DNA of 64,000 nt from Acidobacteriota bacterium (GCA_965209055.1 OZ242374.1:3200001-3264000); one strand, 5' to 3'; counted from the stretch's first letter, positions 30,185 to 40,580 are shown. A program made the numbers and translations. The notes: generated by a model from the sequence alone, not told the origin.

Positions 30185-30333
30185 GACCGGGAACGGTAGG
30201 AGGGGGGACATTCCTGTCCCCCTCTTCGCTTTTGCAATCACAGCGCCCAGTTGATCTGGAGGTCGGAAAAGGATCGGGATAGGGACAGTCCGCTTTTCCC
30301 GAGGTTAGGCTCTCCTGACTCTCGCGGAATCCC

Positions 30334-31212
30334 TCATTCGCCTGCGACTTCGATCAGCAAGCGGCAGTGATCGCTCGCACCCCACTCTTCGACGGAGTTC
30401 ATGGCGCGAACCTTGACGCTCTTGTGGAAGCCGCGTGAGGCGAACGCATAGTCGAGCTGAAGCTGGGCAGTCTCGGGGGACCGGCGGACCGTGTGGTAGG
30501 TAGGCACGTTCCGAGTATCGGGCGGCAAGCCCGGGGGTGTGGGGTGCGCCTGCCGTCCCCCAGGATATTTGGGTCCTATGAACTCCAAACCGAGTGCGTC
30601 CATTCTGTGAAATACGCTGCCGTCGCGCGACCTAGGCGCTGACGGAACGTCGTCGGTTCCCTCGTAGACCATATTGAGGTCGCCCGCCGCCAGTATTCGA
30701 TGTGTGCTTGGATCGAAGTTGCCTATGAATGCCGAAATGTCGGAGATAATGCGGTGGGCTGAAACGTCGGCATTGCCTACCTTCCACTTACTCTTCGTAG
30801 ACGGGTGCGGCCTTATCCATCGCGCATACATGGACACGGCGATGAATGCCGGGGCATCCTTTGGGATCACCCTGGCCGCGGCAATTGTGCCGATACCGCT
30901 GACGGCGACCTCGTCCTCCTTCGTTTCGCTGATCGGGCTAACCTGCTTGAACCATTCGACTTGGACCCGGTCGGAGAGTTTCACGACCATCGGGAAGCGG
31001 TCGTATAGTTTCTTGAATCGACCCTCAAACCAACGCGAATTCCATACGTGTGGGTCCCAATGTTCCGCGCTACCGGTCTGGACCCTGTCAGCAACGCCGT
31101 TTGGTATTTTTCCGGCTTCTTGGAGTAACGCGACGTCGGCATCCATTTCCACGAGTTGATTCCATGGTTTGCGCCGCTTATTGATGTTCCAACACACTAT
31201 TTTGGTTGCCAT
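30334..31212 (-). CDS. Endonuclease/exonuclease/phosphatase (EEP) family protein
   Basis: IVCWNI, DVALLQE, AGDLN, QLDYAF, SDHC. Confidence 0.85.
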   Translation of the reverse strand: MATKIVCWNINKRRKPWNQLVEMDADVALLQEAGKIPNGVADRVQTGSAEHWDPHVWNSRWFEGRFKKLYDRFPMVVKLSDRVQVEWFKQVSPISETKEDEVAVSGIGTIAAARVIPKDAPAFIAVSMYARWIRPHPSTKSKWKVGNADVSAHRIISDISAFIGNFDPSTHRILAAGDLNMVYEGTDDVPSAPRSRDGSVFHRMDALGLEFIGPKYPGGRQAHPTPPGLPPDTRNVPTYHTVRRSPETAQLQLDYAFASRGFHKSVKVRAMNSVEEWGASDHCRLLIEVAGE

Positions 31213-31473
31213 TTCTACCTCTGAAGTCGTATTCGCAAGTGTTGTAGCAAGGTCATTTTGAACACTGTCTCTGACTCAGGCGCTGTTCGCTTCCCCAGCC
31301 GGAAGCCTATTTCATACTCGTCTCGTGCCCTCAGGAGTTGGCGGGATTGTGCCATTGGAAGGAGGAGGTTCTTTGGGTAAGCCCTAATTCTGAGATAAGC
31401 ATGGGAGCGGCATGGAAAGCGGGACACTCGTGTGCCCCCTCTTCATCGCCGATCCGGAATCGGGGGTTAACAA

Positions 31474-32836
31474 CCCATAAGCGCTAACTTGTTTAATGGT
31501 CCATAAAATATCTGCAGACTTGACTGAACCTTTTTCGGGGAGGTTCTGCCAAGGACGCCGAGATTTCGTGCCATTCGTCGACCATGCGGGTCAGGGAATA
31601 CGCCGGCTCAATGGCTCGCGTGACCTGGTTCAAAGCGAATTTGAACTCACGCCACGGGCTGCGAGTCCGGTCGGATCGCGACATCGTATCCCCAGGGGGA
31701 AATGGTTCGCGCATGGCGGAGCACCTTTTCGACCAGGAGCGCCACCAACAGCTTGCCGTACAACCAAGCCTGGGCACTTGCCTCATCGTGCTTCGGGAGG
31801 TGGCCGAGTTGGGCCAGGGACTTGAAGCGCTTGAAGACCAGCTCAACTTGCCAGCGCAGGCGGTACCACTCCAGCACCTCGGCGGCTGGGAACTCCTCGG
31901 CTGGGTAGGTGGTGAAAACGATGACGTAGCGCGCGAACCGCAGAGTTTCCGGCTGCACCCGTTTGCCCTTGCGCCGAGCCGTCCGGCGGATCTTTCGATG
32001 CGCGACTTCAATGGCCTCGTCGGTCTTGCGCACCGCGCAGATGCGGCCCACTACGGGGGGGCCGGCCCGAGCGACGGTGCGGACCCTCCAACTGCCGACC
32101 GGCCCCGGTCGGAGTAGCGTTTCCACCGATGTGAGCAGGTCGAACCTCCGGCCAGCCTCGGTTTCCAGCAACAGCGATCGGGTGTTCACGCGCACCGTCA
32201 CGTACCCTCCGCCTGCCGCGACGTGCTGAATCCCGATCGCCGTCGAGTAACCGCGGTCGCCCAGCACGTAATCGCCCGGCCGAATCGGGAAATGGGTGAA
32301 CGACTCGCCGGTGCCGCGCCCCTTGGTCGCGGTTAGCTTGAAGAAATCGCAGCCGAGCGACGGGAGGTTCACACTGTAGTGAAGGCGCCACAGCGACCCG
32401 GTCCGTCCCGGCTCGTGCACCGTCGTCCCATCGAACGCCCGCACTTGCAAGCCGCCACTGTTCGAAACCACGAGACCATGCTCCCGGAACAGTTCCACGC
32501 ACAGCGCGTAGAGCCAGTCGCGGGATTTCCTCAGCCGCTTGAGCAGCGCCACGTCGGATAAATCGGCCAAGTTCGCTTGCCGAGCCCGCACGACGGTTTC
32601 GCGCAAGGAATGCCCGCAGCCGAGATGGATCAGCAGGGTCCGCAACAGGTTTTCCGGTGACTTGTCCTTGCGCAGGCCCTTCAAGGCCCCGGTCGAAGCC
32701 GCCAACTCCCGCCAATTGTCGGGGAAAAACGACATCAGCAAGTCCCAGTCCTCATTCGCAGCCGCCTTGACTACCGTTCTGCTCATGCCCACACTATACA
32801 AGATAGCGGTTAGGCAAACAAGTTAGCGCTTATGGG
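31474..32836 (-). mobile_element. Complete IS4-family element inserted into a REP palindrome
   Basis: TIR CCCATAAGCGCTAACTTGTTT / AAACAAGTTAGCGCTTATGGG; duplicated TTAACAA core (7-11 bp depending on boundary choice). Confidence 0.9.
31647..32801 (-). CDS. IS4 family transposase
   Basis: DGTT, GDRGY, YRLRWQVELVFKRFKS (Y-R-E-K signature). Confidence 0.92.
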   Translation of the reverse strand: MYSVGMSRTVVKAAANEDWDLLMSFFPDNWRELAASTGALKGLRKDKSPENLLRTLLIHLGCGHSLRETVVRARQANLADLSDVALLKRLRKSRDWLYALCVELFREHGLVVSNSGGLQVRAFDGTTVHEPGRTGSLWRLHYSVNLPSLGCDFFKLTATKGRGTGESFTHFPIRPGDYVLGDRGYSTAIGIQHVAAGGGYVTVRVNTRSLLLETEAGRRFDLLTSVETLLRPGPVGSWRVRTVARAGPPVVGRICAVRKTDEAIEVAHRKIRRTARRKGKRVQPETLRFARYVIVFTTYPAEEFPAAEVLEWYRLRWQVELVFKRFKSLAQLGHLPKHDEASAQAWLYGKLLVALLVEKVLRHARTISPWGYDVAIRPDSQPVA

Positions 32837-33081
32837 TTAACAACCCCCGCTCCAATGCCTCCCACTTTCTGCCAGGATCATGCGGGCCTTAGGCCGGTGG
32901 TGGCCTCTGGGGTCACCGGTATTCCTTGAAATCATCTTCCCGAAATCGTCTTGAAAACTTCGCATACCGTTCCGGGCTGGAGCTCCAACGAGCCGAATCT
33001 GTTCGAACCCCACTCGAATTCACGTTCGTTCGCAGACGAAAACCACCGAATGCCCCGCAGAAAATGTGTTATCAAGAGCCC

Positions 33082-35412
33082 ATGGTCTACGGAATATCAT
33101 TCCTGGTCCTGCTCTTTTTCACGGCGCCCGCCGGCGTTGCCGCCGCGGAGACCACCGGAACCTTGACGGGAACCGTCGTCGATGAGACCGGGGGAGTCCT
33201 TCCCGGTGTCGTCGTCAATCTTCGGGCCGACGGCGCCGAGTTCTCCGCCGTCACCGACGACATGGGGACGTGGAGCATCGACGGAGTCCCCGCGGGACCG
33301 GCTACCCTGACTTTCCGGCTGATCAATTTCGCCGGCGCCCGCCGCGAGTTGACCGTGGCCCCGAGCGAGGTCTTGACGGTGGATGTCGTCCTGGTGCTCT
33401 CATTGACCGCGGACGTCGTGGTCACCGCCGAGCGCACCTTCCGCAACATCGCCGACCTGCCGCAACCGGCGGAGAACCTGGTCGGGATCGCCTCCGCCGC
33501 CAGCGTCGGCGCCATCACCGCGGCCCAGCTCCAGGCGAGGCCCATCTTGCGTCCGGGCGAAGTGCTGGAGACGGTTCCGGGTCTGATCATCAGTCAGCAC
33601 AGCGGGGAGGGAAAGGCCAACCAGTACTACCTGCGCGGTTTCAACCTCGATCACGGAACGGATTTCGCGACCACCGTCGCCGGAGTGCCCTTGAACATGC
33701 CGTCCGGCGCCCACGCATCCGGCTACTCGGACTCCAACATGATCATTCCCGAACTGGTGAGCGGCATCCAGTTCAGGAAGGGACCGTACTTCGCGGAAGA
33801 CGGTGACTTTTCCGCCGCCGGCTCGGCCAACGTCAGCTACATGAACCTGCTGGAGCAGCCGCTGGCCAGTATCAGCACCGGCGGCCAAGGCTGGAACCGC
33901 ATCTTTAGCGCCGTGTCGCCTCACCTGGGCGACGGCAACCTGCTCGTCGGGGTCGAAGTGGGCAGGAACGACGGTCCCTGGGTCGAGCCCGACAACCTGC
34001 GCAAGGTGAACGGCATCCTGCGCTACAGTCGGGGAGACGCGCGAAACGGGTTCTCCATCACCGGCCTGACCTATTCGGCGAATTGGAACGCAACGGACCA
34101 GGTGCCGGCCCGGGCCATCGAATCCGGCCGGATCGACCGGTTCGAAGGGATCGATACCACCGGTGGCGGCCGGACCTACCGGCATGGCGTTGTCGCCGAC
34201 AGCCTTCGCTCGAACGGAGACACCTCCACCCGAATCACCGCCTTCGGCATGCGCTACGGACTGAACCTGCTCCAGAACTTCACCTATTTCCTGGCCGATC
34301 CCGTCGACGGGGATCAGTTCGAGCAGGTGGACCGCCGCACCTCCATCGGCGTCAAACTCACCCAGCGGCGCCTGCGGCAGTTCCTTGGACGGCCCGTCGA
34401 GTGGATGGTCGGCACCCAGTCGCGCCACGACGACGCCGGCGTCATCGGCCTGTACGACACGGTTCGGCAGCGCCGCACCAGCACAGTGCGTGAGGATGCG
34501 TTGCGGCAGACGTCGCTGGGCGTGTTCGGCAAGGGTGTGCTCGATTGGACTTCGTTCTTCCGGACCTCGATCGGGCTTCGCGCAGACGCCTATCGGTTCG
34601 CCGTCGACGCCGGCAATCCGTTGAACGGCGGCGCCGGCGTGGATTCCATTGTCAGCCCCAAACTGACGGCGGTCCTGGGGCCGTGGCAGCAGACCGAGTT
34701 CTACGTCAACTGGGGAGAGGGATTCCACAGCAACGACGTGCGTGTCGCGACGATCAGAGTCGACCCGCGCACCGGGGAACCAGCCGACAGGTTCCCTCCG
34801 CTGGTCAAGGCCCGCGGCGGCGAAATCGGTGTGCGGACGGTGAGGCTGCACGGGCTGCATTCGACGGTGGCGCTCTGGCATCTGGACTTCGATTCCGAGC
34901 TGGTCTTTCTGGGCGATGCGGGGGTGACGGCGCCCAGCCGCCCAAGTCGCCGCTACGGCATCGAGTGGTCGAACTATATTCGGTTCACACCCTGGATGAC
35001 GGCCGACGCCGATCTCGCGTTCACCGCCGCGCGGTTCTCGGACGCCGACCCCGCCGGGCTGCGGATTCCGGGTTCGCTCAACCGCGTTTTCTCCGGCGCC
35101 GTCACGTTCGAGCCGGTGAAGCGCTTGTTCGGGAGCGTTCGCGTGCGCCATTTCGGACCGCGGCCATTGCTTGAGGACAACTCCGTGCGGTCCGATTCGA
35201 CGACCCTGTGGAACGGCCAGTTCGGCATCCGCTTCAACCGGCGCGTCACCGTCTCGTTTGAGGTGTTCAATCTCCTGAACTCCCGCGTGTCGGACATCGA
35301 CTACTTCTATACGTCGCGCCTCCCGGGAGAACCGTTTGAAGGGGTGGACGATGTGCACACCCATCCCACCATCCCGCGAACCGCACGCGTCGCCCTGCAA
35401 ATGAGGTTTTAG
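33082..35412 (+). CDS. TonB-dependent receptor with N-terminal carboxypeptidase-regulatory-like domain (resembles metal-uptake TBDTs)
   Basis: GTLTGTVVD.TG.VLPGV; QHSGEGKANQYYLRGFNLDHGTDF; C-terminal F. Confidence 0.9.
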   Translation: MVYGISFLVLLFFTAPAGVAAAETTGTLTGTVVDETGGVLPGVVVNLRADGAEFSAVTDDMGTWSIDGVPAGPATLTFRLINFAGARRELTVAPSEVLTVDVVLVLSLTADVVVTAERTFRNIADLPQPAENLVGIASAASVGAITAAQLQARPILRPGEVLETVPGLIISQHSGEGKANQYYLRGFNLDHGTDFATTVAGVPLNMPSGAHASGYSDSNMIIPELVSGIQFRKGPYFAEDGDFSAAGSANVSYMNLLEQPLASISTGGQGWNRIFSAVSPHLGDGNLLVGVEVGRNDGPWVEPDNLRKVNGILRYSRGDARNGFSITGLTYSANWNATDQVPARAIESGRIDRFEGIDTTGGGRTYRHGVVADSLRSNGDTSTRITAFGMRYGLNLLQNFTYFLADPVDGDQFEQVDRRTSIGVKLTQRRLRQFLGRPVEWMVGTQSRHDDAGVIGLYDTVRQRRTSTVREDALRQTSLGVFGKGVLDWTSFFRTSIGLRADAYRFAVDAGNPLNGGAGVDSIVSPKLTAVLGPWQQTEFYVNWGEGFHSNDVRVATIRVDPRTGEPADRFPPLVKARGGEIGVRTVRLHGLHSTVALWHLDFDSELVFLGDAGVTAPSRPSRRYGIEWSNYIRFTPWMTADADLAFTAARFSDADPAGLRIPGSLNRVFSGAVTFEPVKRLFGSVRVRHFGPRPLLEDNSVRSDSTTLWNGQFGIRFNRRVTVSFEVFNLLNSRVSDIDYFYTSRLPGEPFEGVDDVHTHPTIPRTARVALQMRF

Positions 35413-35642
35413 GCTGAGCCGGTGGCGCCGCCGGATTTTCACGGAATCAAGGAATCCATTCCCAGTGGTAGAGAAGGGAATTATCCTTCTCCGCGAGTGT
35501 GTCGATTTGGTCTACCTGGACTCTTCTGTTTGGCTCGAACCAGGTTCACAGCGTTCCCTTCATGACTGGTACTTATACGGGGAATCTTCTTGCACACCGT
35601 TGTCTCTTTGGTAATACGCTCGACTATGCCTAGAGGAGAAGA

Positions 35643-35999
35643 GTGATGTCAGATCCCAAGGAGTTTCGATTCGGAGGCTTCCTTATTTCGCTGCTGGCCT
35701 TCTTGGTTACGGTCGGCATCGCAATCTACGGGTTAGTCAAGGCTTTCAACGCCTTTTGCAAGTGGAACAAGCAGGATCGAATCCCGGAGAAATACAAAAA
35801 CTCTCAATCGGCACTCAAAGGAGACGATTTCTCAAATCCGTCCAAGCGGTTGACGGGGGGGCGTTGCGGCGCCACAGGCTTGTGGAGATCGAGTTGTCAG
35901 CACCGGGAGCAAAAGCTCATCCGCTCAGGAGAAACGTTTCCACTGTGTTGGCATTGCCGTCGGGGCGTGTATTGGAAATTGATTCGACCGGGCAAGTAG
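35643..35999 (+). CDS. Small membrane-anchored protein with C-terminal zinc-ribbon-like (YjzC-like) motif
   Basis: N-terminal TM segment; G..C..TG.W...C....I..GETFP.C..C....WKL. Confidence 0.6.
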   Translation: MMSDPKEFRFGGFLISLLAFLVTVGIAIYGLVKAFNAFCKWNKQDRIPEKYKNSQSALKGDDFSNPSKRLTGGRCGATGLWRSSCQHREQKLIRSGETFPLCWHCRRGVYWKLIRPGK

Positions 36000-36226
36000 G
36001 GAACCTCGATTGCCCACGTATACGGAGAGTGAGATCGGTAGAGAAGGTGACAGCCCTTTCGCCGCGTGCGCTCATTAAAGTCTGGACCATCTGACTTCGA
36101 TGGTGAAGAATCATCCCGAATGTGGATGAGAAGGTCCTGCAATTGGCGGCATCGACCTCCATATTCCAAAGCGTCTGGGTTAATCTTCTTGCCCAGGATC
36201 CCTCGTTCAACATCTGGAGGCGTTTG

Positions 36227-37201
36227 ATGAACCGACTCGCCGTGCTGTCTTTATTCGCTGTGTCAACGGTCGTCGCCAGCGACCATCAACTGAAACCGGT
36301 CCGGATTGCCGTCCCGGTCGACGGGCACATTCACCCGGCGGCCTGCGTCACCCACTCGGGGACGATCGTCGTGACGTACGGGCGGGTGAATCACGTGGAC
36401 CTGCGCATCACTCGATCCTCGGACGGAGGAAGGACTTGGTCCGAACCGGTTCCGTTCGTCCATACCGTCGACAAGACCTATTACCCGGGCTCGCTGACGA
36501 CACTGAGCGACGGCCGCCTGGTGCATTGCTGGAACCGCTGGGATACGCCGGTCACTCAGAAGGAGCCACGGTCCGTCCTGTACTCGCTGTCAAGTGACGA
36601 AGGAGTCTCGTGGAGCGACCCGCAGCCGTTTCCGCGTGATCCCGAAGTCAGATCCGTCACGCGGCACCCCGTGACCGAACTGGAGTCAGGACAGTGGCTC
36701 GTTTCGTTGATCGACCGGACGTTCGTGTTTGATCCGGCCACTTCCAAGGCGACACCGTTCGGCGACGGCCGGGATCATGGGATGATCCCGATCGTGCAGA
36801 CACCTCAAGGCACGTTCGTCAGCGGCGCCGGCCTCCGATCGACGGACCACGGCACGACGTGGACAACCATCGAAGGCTTTCCGGACATCAGCACGCAGGG
36901 CTGGCGGCACGAAATGGTCGTTCTGAAAAACGGCTGGCTGCTGGCCTCGGAGATTCTCGGGCCGGGCTTTGGCGGGGAGCGCATCCGCTACCGCATCTCG
37001 TACGACGACGGGCAGACCTGGGATGGAGTATTCGAGTACTACAATCCTGGCCGCGCCATCAACGGCCGGGCCTGTCCCCGAACGGTGCAGCTCGACGACA
37101 AGACGATCGGCGTGGTCTTCTACGATATCGACAAGGATCAGGAGGGAGGACCGGGCGTGTTCTTCCTGCGAATCCCGATCGCGAAGCTGGCCGCCCGGTA
37201 G
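36227..37201 (+). CDS. Secreted sialidase-like (BNR/Asp-box) protein
   Basis: Asp-boxes SSDGGRTW, SSDEGVSW, STDHGTTW, SYDDGQTW; signal peptide. Confidence 0.85.
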   Translation: MNRLAVLSLFAVSTVVASDHQLKPVRIAVPVDGHIHPAACVTHSGTIVVTYGRVNHVDLRITRSSDGGRTWSEPVPFVHTVDKTYYPGSLTTLSDGRLVHCWNRWDTPVTQKEPRSVLYSLSSDEGVSWSDPQPFPRDPEVRSVTRHPVTELESGQWLVSLIDRTFVFDPATSKATPFGDGRDHGMIPIVQTPQGTFVSGAGLRSTDHGTTWTTIEGFPDISTQGWRHEMVVLKNGWLLASEILGPGFGGERIRYRISYDDGQTWDGVFEYYNPGRAINGRACPRTVQLDDKTIGVVFYDIDKDQEGGPGVFFLRIPIAKLAAR

Positions 37202-37341
37202 GAGGGGGGACAGTCTTGTCCCCCTCTTCACTGGCGAGATAGGGAGAGACTACCTCTCTTCGTCTCGACTGTCCCTGCCGAGGGCCCATTCGCAGGTCTG
37301 ATCGTTGACTCGAGACTAGGTTTTCAATCTGGACATCCACT

Positions 37342-37734
37342 TCACACCGAGATGATGAGTAGACCATCCAATCGCTCAAAATGCCGACGATTGTTGGTGA
37401 GTAGCGTGAGCCCGTAATTTATGGCGGTGGCACCTATCATTAGATCGAAGTCGCTGATAAGGGTTCCCGTCGCCCTCAAACGACTCCGTTCCCTGGCGAA
37501 TGTGCGGCAAATATCTTCATCCAATGGCACGACATGAATCCGGTCAAGTACGTGCCACAGAGCTATTTCGGTTGCTTCCGGATCGTAGGAGCCGAATACG
37601 CCCTCGTTCAGTTCGGCGAGTGAGATAATGCTCAATCCGAGGCCGGCTGGTTCAAATTCCTGGAGACGGCTGATTACCTGAGCGCGGCCGTGCAGATGGT
37701 CGATGACCCAATCCGTGTCCACCAAATATCGCAC
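37342..37734 (-). CDS. vapC: VapC PIN-domain toxin
   Basis: YLVDTD, SLAEL..G, DLMIGATA...LTLLTNNRRHF. Confidence 0.9.
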   Translation of the reverse strand: MRYLVDTDWVIDHLHGRAQVISRLQEFEPAGLGLSIISLAELNEGVFGSYDPEATEIALWHVLDRIHVVPLDEDICRTFARERSRLRATGTLISDFDLMIGATAINYGLTLLTNNRRHFERLDGLLIISV

Positions 37735-37738
37735 GGAA

Positions 37739-37975
37739 TTACAATTCCGGCTTTTGCCTGGAACCGGCAATCCGAGCTTCGTAGATCTTCCGCTTGAGCT
37801 GTTCCGGATCGTGCATTCCGATCCATCCGCCAGCCGAAGCGCCGAGCGAATTGATGGCGCTACCCGGGGATATGATCTCCCCTATGGACACGACTACTTC
37901 CTTGCCTTCTTCGAGGTCAAGGCTCTCTTGCGGAACGAACACACCCTTTGAATACTTCGCTTTGATCTTTCTCAT
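37739..37975 (-). CDS. AF2212/DUF104-like antitoxin
   Basis: IKAKYSKGVFVP.E.LDLEEG.EV.V; directly upstream of vapC. Confidence 0.85.
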   Translation of the reverse strand: MRKIKAKYSKGVFVPQESLDLEEGKEVVVSIGEIISPGSAINSLGASAGGWIGMHDPEQLKRKIYEARIAGSRQKPEL

Positions 37976-38190
37976 TGTTACCGGTCTTTTCCATAAGTCC
38001 TTGATTTGAGACGTCTTAGCAATCTCGGAGTCGGGGACTCTGAATCCACCGTCTGCCAAGACGATACCAGAACGCCGCCAGACACGCCGAATTCCGGGGA
38101 GCGGATGCCGACCCGGCACCTTCTTCGCACCAGTGGGAAAAGGCAACAGTCACCTTCTCCGCCATTGCCGATTGCGAATTCCCGCACGGG

Positions 38191-39636
38191 TCAAGGTGGC
38201 GTGGCCGGATACACGAGTTCGCCGGCCTTGTAGACGGCGGCCAATAAGCGGGTGTTGCGGATGTCCGACAGTGGATCCGCCGTGAGCACGACCAGGTCGG
38301 CCAGCTTCCCGGCTTCGACGGTTCCGAGCTGATCCTCCAGACTCAGGCCCTCGGCGCCGTTTCGGGTCGCCATGACGATCACGTCGGTCTCGTCGATGCC
38401 CGCCTGGACCAGGAGCTCCAGTTCCCGATGCAGACTCACGCCCGGCGTTATCCAGGGCATTCCCACGTCGGTCCCTACAGTCAGCCTCACTCCCCCCTCG
38501 TGAAACATCCGCACGATCTGGAGTGCGACGGGGAATACGTCCTTGCCGGACGTGAAGGCCCGAAGGATTCCCATGGGGTTGGTGAAGACGAACGGGTTGC
38601 GATGCCGCCAGTCCGGACCCCATAGCGCCACGACCGAGGGCGGAGCCCGCTGAGGCTCGAGTCTCTCCAGAACCTTCGGATCGTCACCGAAACAGAGGCT
38701 CTCCATCACGACCAGGGTGGGGTCGACCGTCACGTCGTTGTCAACCAGGGCGGCGATCAGGGAGTTCATCAGCTCGCCGTCCAGCTCCACCAATTCAAGC
38801 CAACGGGCGTAGTATTCGGGGTAGGGCAGTGCCCTCAGTTGGGCCCGGTGCCTTTCGGGGACCAGCTCCCACGTCGGCCCTTCTCCGCCGCTGTGGACCA
38901 GGGAGTCGATTCCCAGCCGCGCCGCCTGGGTCCAGCTCGTTGCCCGGATGTGGCCGGCGACCTTCAGACCGAGCGCGTGAGCCTCCTCGATGGCGGCGGC
39001 CATCAGCTCCGGGGTCACGTCCCAGTACAACTTGACCATGTCGGCGCCCGCCGCAGCCTGTTGCCGAACCACGTCCCGCATCTCGTCCGGTGTCGCCACG
39101 GGCACCGTCCAGTCGAATCGGCTCGGAGACCCGTCGATGAAGGCGGCGCCGGTAATCATCCGCGGCCCGCGAACCCGCCCGGCCGCGATCTGGTCCCGGA
39201 GCTCGACGCCTGCGCTTTGCGCGGCGCCGGGGCTGCGTATCGTGGTCACTCCGAAATCGAGCAACGCCTCCACGGTCTCGATCCGAGCCTTGGGGTGAAC
39301 ATGGACATGCATATCGATGAATCCTGGAACCACATAGTGGCCCGAAACGTCTCGTCGCCGTGCCGAGTTGGAGAAACGGAAATCACCCGCGTTGCCGACC
39401 CTGAGGATTCGGTCGCCGGCCACCACGATGACGCTGTCCTCGCGCGGTTCGGAACCGGTGCCGTCAATCAGAGTGGCGCCCTCGAGAACAAGAAGCCCCT
39501 CGTCCACAAGCGCCTCAGCCGGTTCACCGCACGCAGCACCAGCCAGGACAAGTGCGAGGGCGATTGGAATAAGTGGACTGCTCAGCGATCCGGCTGCTGC
39601 TGACATCGACGGCCTACCGTGGCGGCATTGGATCAC
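38191..39636 (-). CDS. Amidohydrolase family lipoprotein
   Basis: VVPGFIDMHVH, GTD.G, GTVEAGKLADLVVL; lipobox AGAAC. Confidence 0.9.
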   Translation of the reverse strand: MIQCRHGRPSMSAAAGSLSSPLIPIALALVLAGAACGEPAEALVDEGLLVLEGATLIDGTGSEPREDSVIVVAGDRILRVGNAGDFRFSNSARRRDVSGHYVVPGFIDMHVHVHPKARIETVEALLDFGVTTIRSPGAAQSAGVELRDQIAAGRVRGPRMITGAAFIDGSPSRFDWTVPVATPDEMRDVVRQQAAAGADMVKLYWDVTPELMAAAIEEAHALGLKVAGHIRATSWTQAARLGIDSLVHSGGEGPTWELVPERHRAQLRALPYPEYYARWLELVELDGELMNSLIAALVDNDVTVDPTLVVMESLCFGDDPKVLERLEPQRAPPSVVALWGPDWRHRNPFVFTNPMGILRAFTSGKDVFPVALQIVRMFHEGGVRLTVGTDVGMPWITPGVSLHRELELLVQAGIDETDVIVMATRNGAEGLSLEDQLGTVEAGKLADLVVLTADPLSDIRNTRLLAAVYKAGELVYPATPP

Positions 39637-39789
39637 ATTTTTTCCAAGATGGCCGGCGTACTTCCGTTAGGGGGGAACATCCCCTCTTCACTTGAGCCTC
39701 GCGGAGAAAGGGGTAGTCCAATTCTCCCGGCCAGACAAGGATCTTGACTCCGGGATACTCATCAATGGTAACATATAAGAATCCATATA

Positions 39790-39820
39790 GTGATGATAGA
39801 GATCAGGGAGTCCCCGGTCT
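39790..39820 (+). pseudogene. N-terminal stub of a RelE/HigB-like toxin
   Basis: MIEIRE start typical of toxins paired with the downstream antitoxin; the rest is absent. Confidence 0.35.
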
Positions 39821-39882
39821 CCGAGGGGTCGTATTCAAAGTCGCTACCTCCTTGGTTCGTAACGACGGGAGACGTGAAAACC

Positions 39883-40200
39883 ATGCCATTGACACGAGAC
39901 TTCAAGGAAACGATTCAGGCGCGCATCAAAAGCGATCCGGTGTTCGGCGAAGAACTGCTCAAGGAAGGGATTGAGTGCTTCCTTTCGGGTGACGTGGATA
40001 CCGGGAAGGCGGTGCTACGCGATTACATCAACGCCACGATCGGCTTTCAGGCGCTTGGCGGATTGACTGAGAAATCTCCCAAGAGCCTGATGCGGATGTT
40101 CGGTCCCAAAGGCAACCCCCAAGCCCGAAACCTTTTCCGAATCATCGGTTTCCTCCAGAAACAGGAGGGGTTGCGCCTGAAGGTGGACGTGATTCGCTAG
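39883..40200 (+). CDS. HTH DNA-binding antitoxin-like protein (orphan)
   Basis: MPLTRDFKETIQAR...GKAVLRDYINATIGF..L.......KSLMRM.GP.GNP.ARNLF. Confidence 0.8.
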   Translation: MPLTRDFKETIQARIKSDPVFGEELLKEGIECFLSGDVDTGKAVLRDYINATIGFQALGGLTEKSPKSLMRMFGPKGNPQARNLFRIIGFLQKQEGLRLKVDVIR

Positions 40201-40249
40201 CCGGGCCGGGAAAGGGACGGTCCACTTCTCCCGTACCCGTGACGTCAGG

Positions 40250-40580
40250 CTACCTCTTGTCGGTCAGCCGGCCGGCCAGATATTTGTGGATAACACTCGA
40301 AAGCAGCGTCTGATAGGGGATCCCTTCCTCCCTGGCCCGCGAGTGAGCGAGCTAGAAGTCACGCTCCGTCATCCGCAGATTCACTCGCTTGGTCTTGTTG
40401 AACGTATCGCGAGCCGCCTGGCGGGCCACCTCAACCTCGCGTTCGGCGCCAGGAGCGGAGCGCAAGTCACCCCGCTCGAATCGGTCGAGAATGTCGCGCT
40501 CTTCGACGCTCAAATTGTCGCTCACCATGGCTGCCTCCTTCGGTAAGCCCTCGTCGCCTTTCGGCTGGGAATACTCCTCT
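40250..40580 (-). pseudogene. Decayed BrnT/BrnA-like TA pair: antitoxin 40250-40528 with internal TAG, toxin reduced to a C-terminal stub
   Basis: KTKRVNLRMTERDF*LAHSRAREEGIPYQTLLSSVIHKY with TAG at 40352-40354; upstream stub FLERSIPSRKATRAY. Confidence 0.75.

Noticed and set aside
22630-31450. Classical integron cassette array
   Set aside because: No IntI and no RYYYAAC...GTTRRRY attC sites were recognised; the borders are different palindromes.
37990-38060. tRNA fragment or att site (ggggactctgaatcc near taagtccttgatt)
   Set aside because: Only an anticodon-arm-like stretch is present; there is no acceptor stem or T arm and no integrase nearby.
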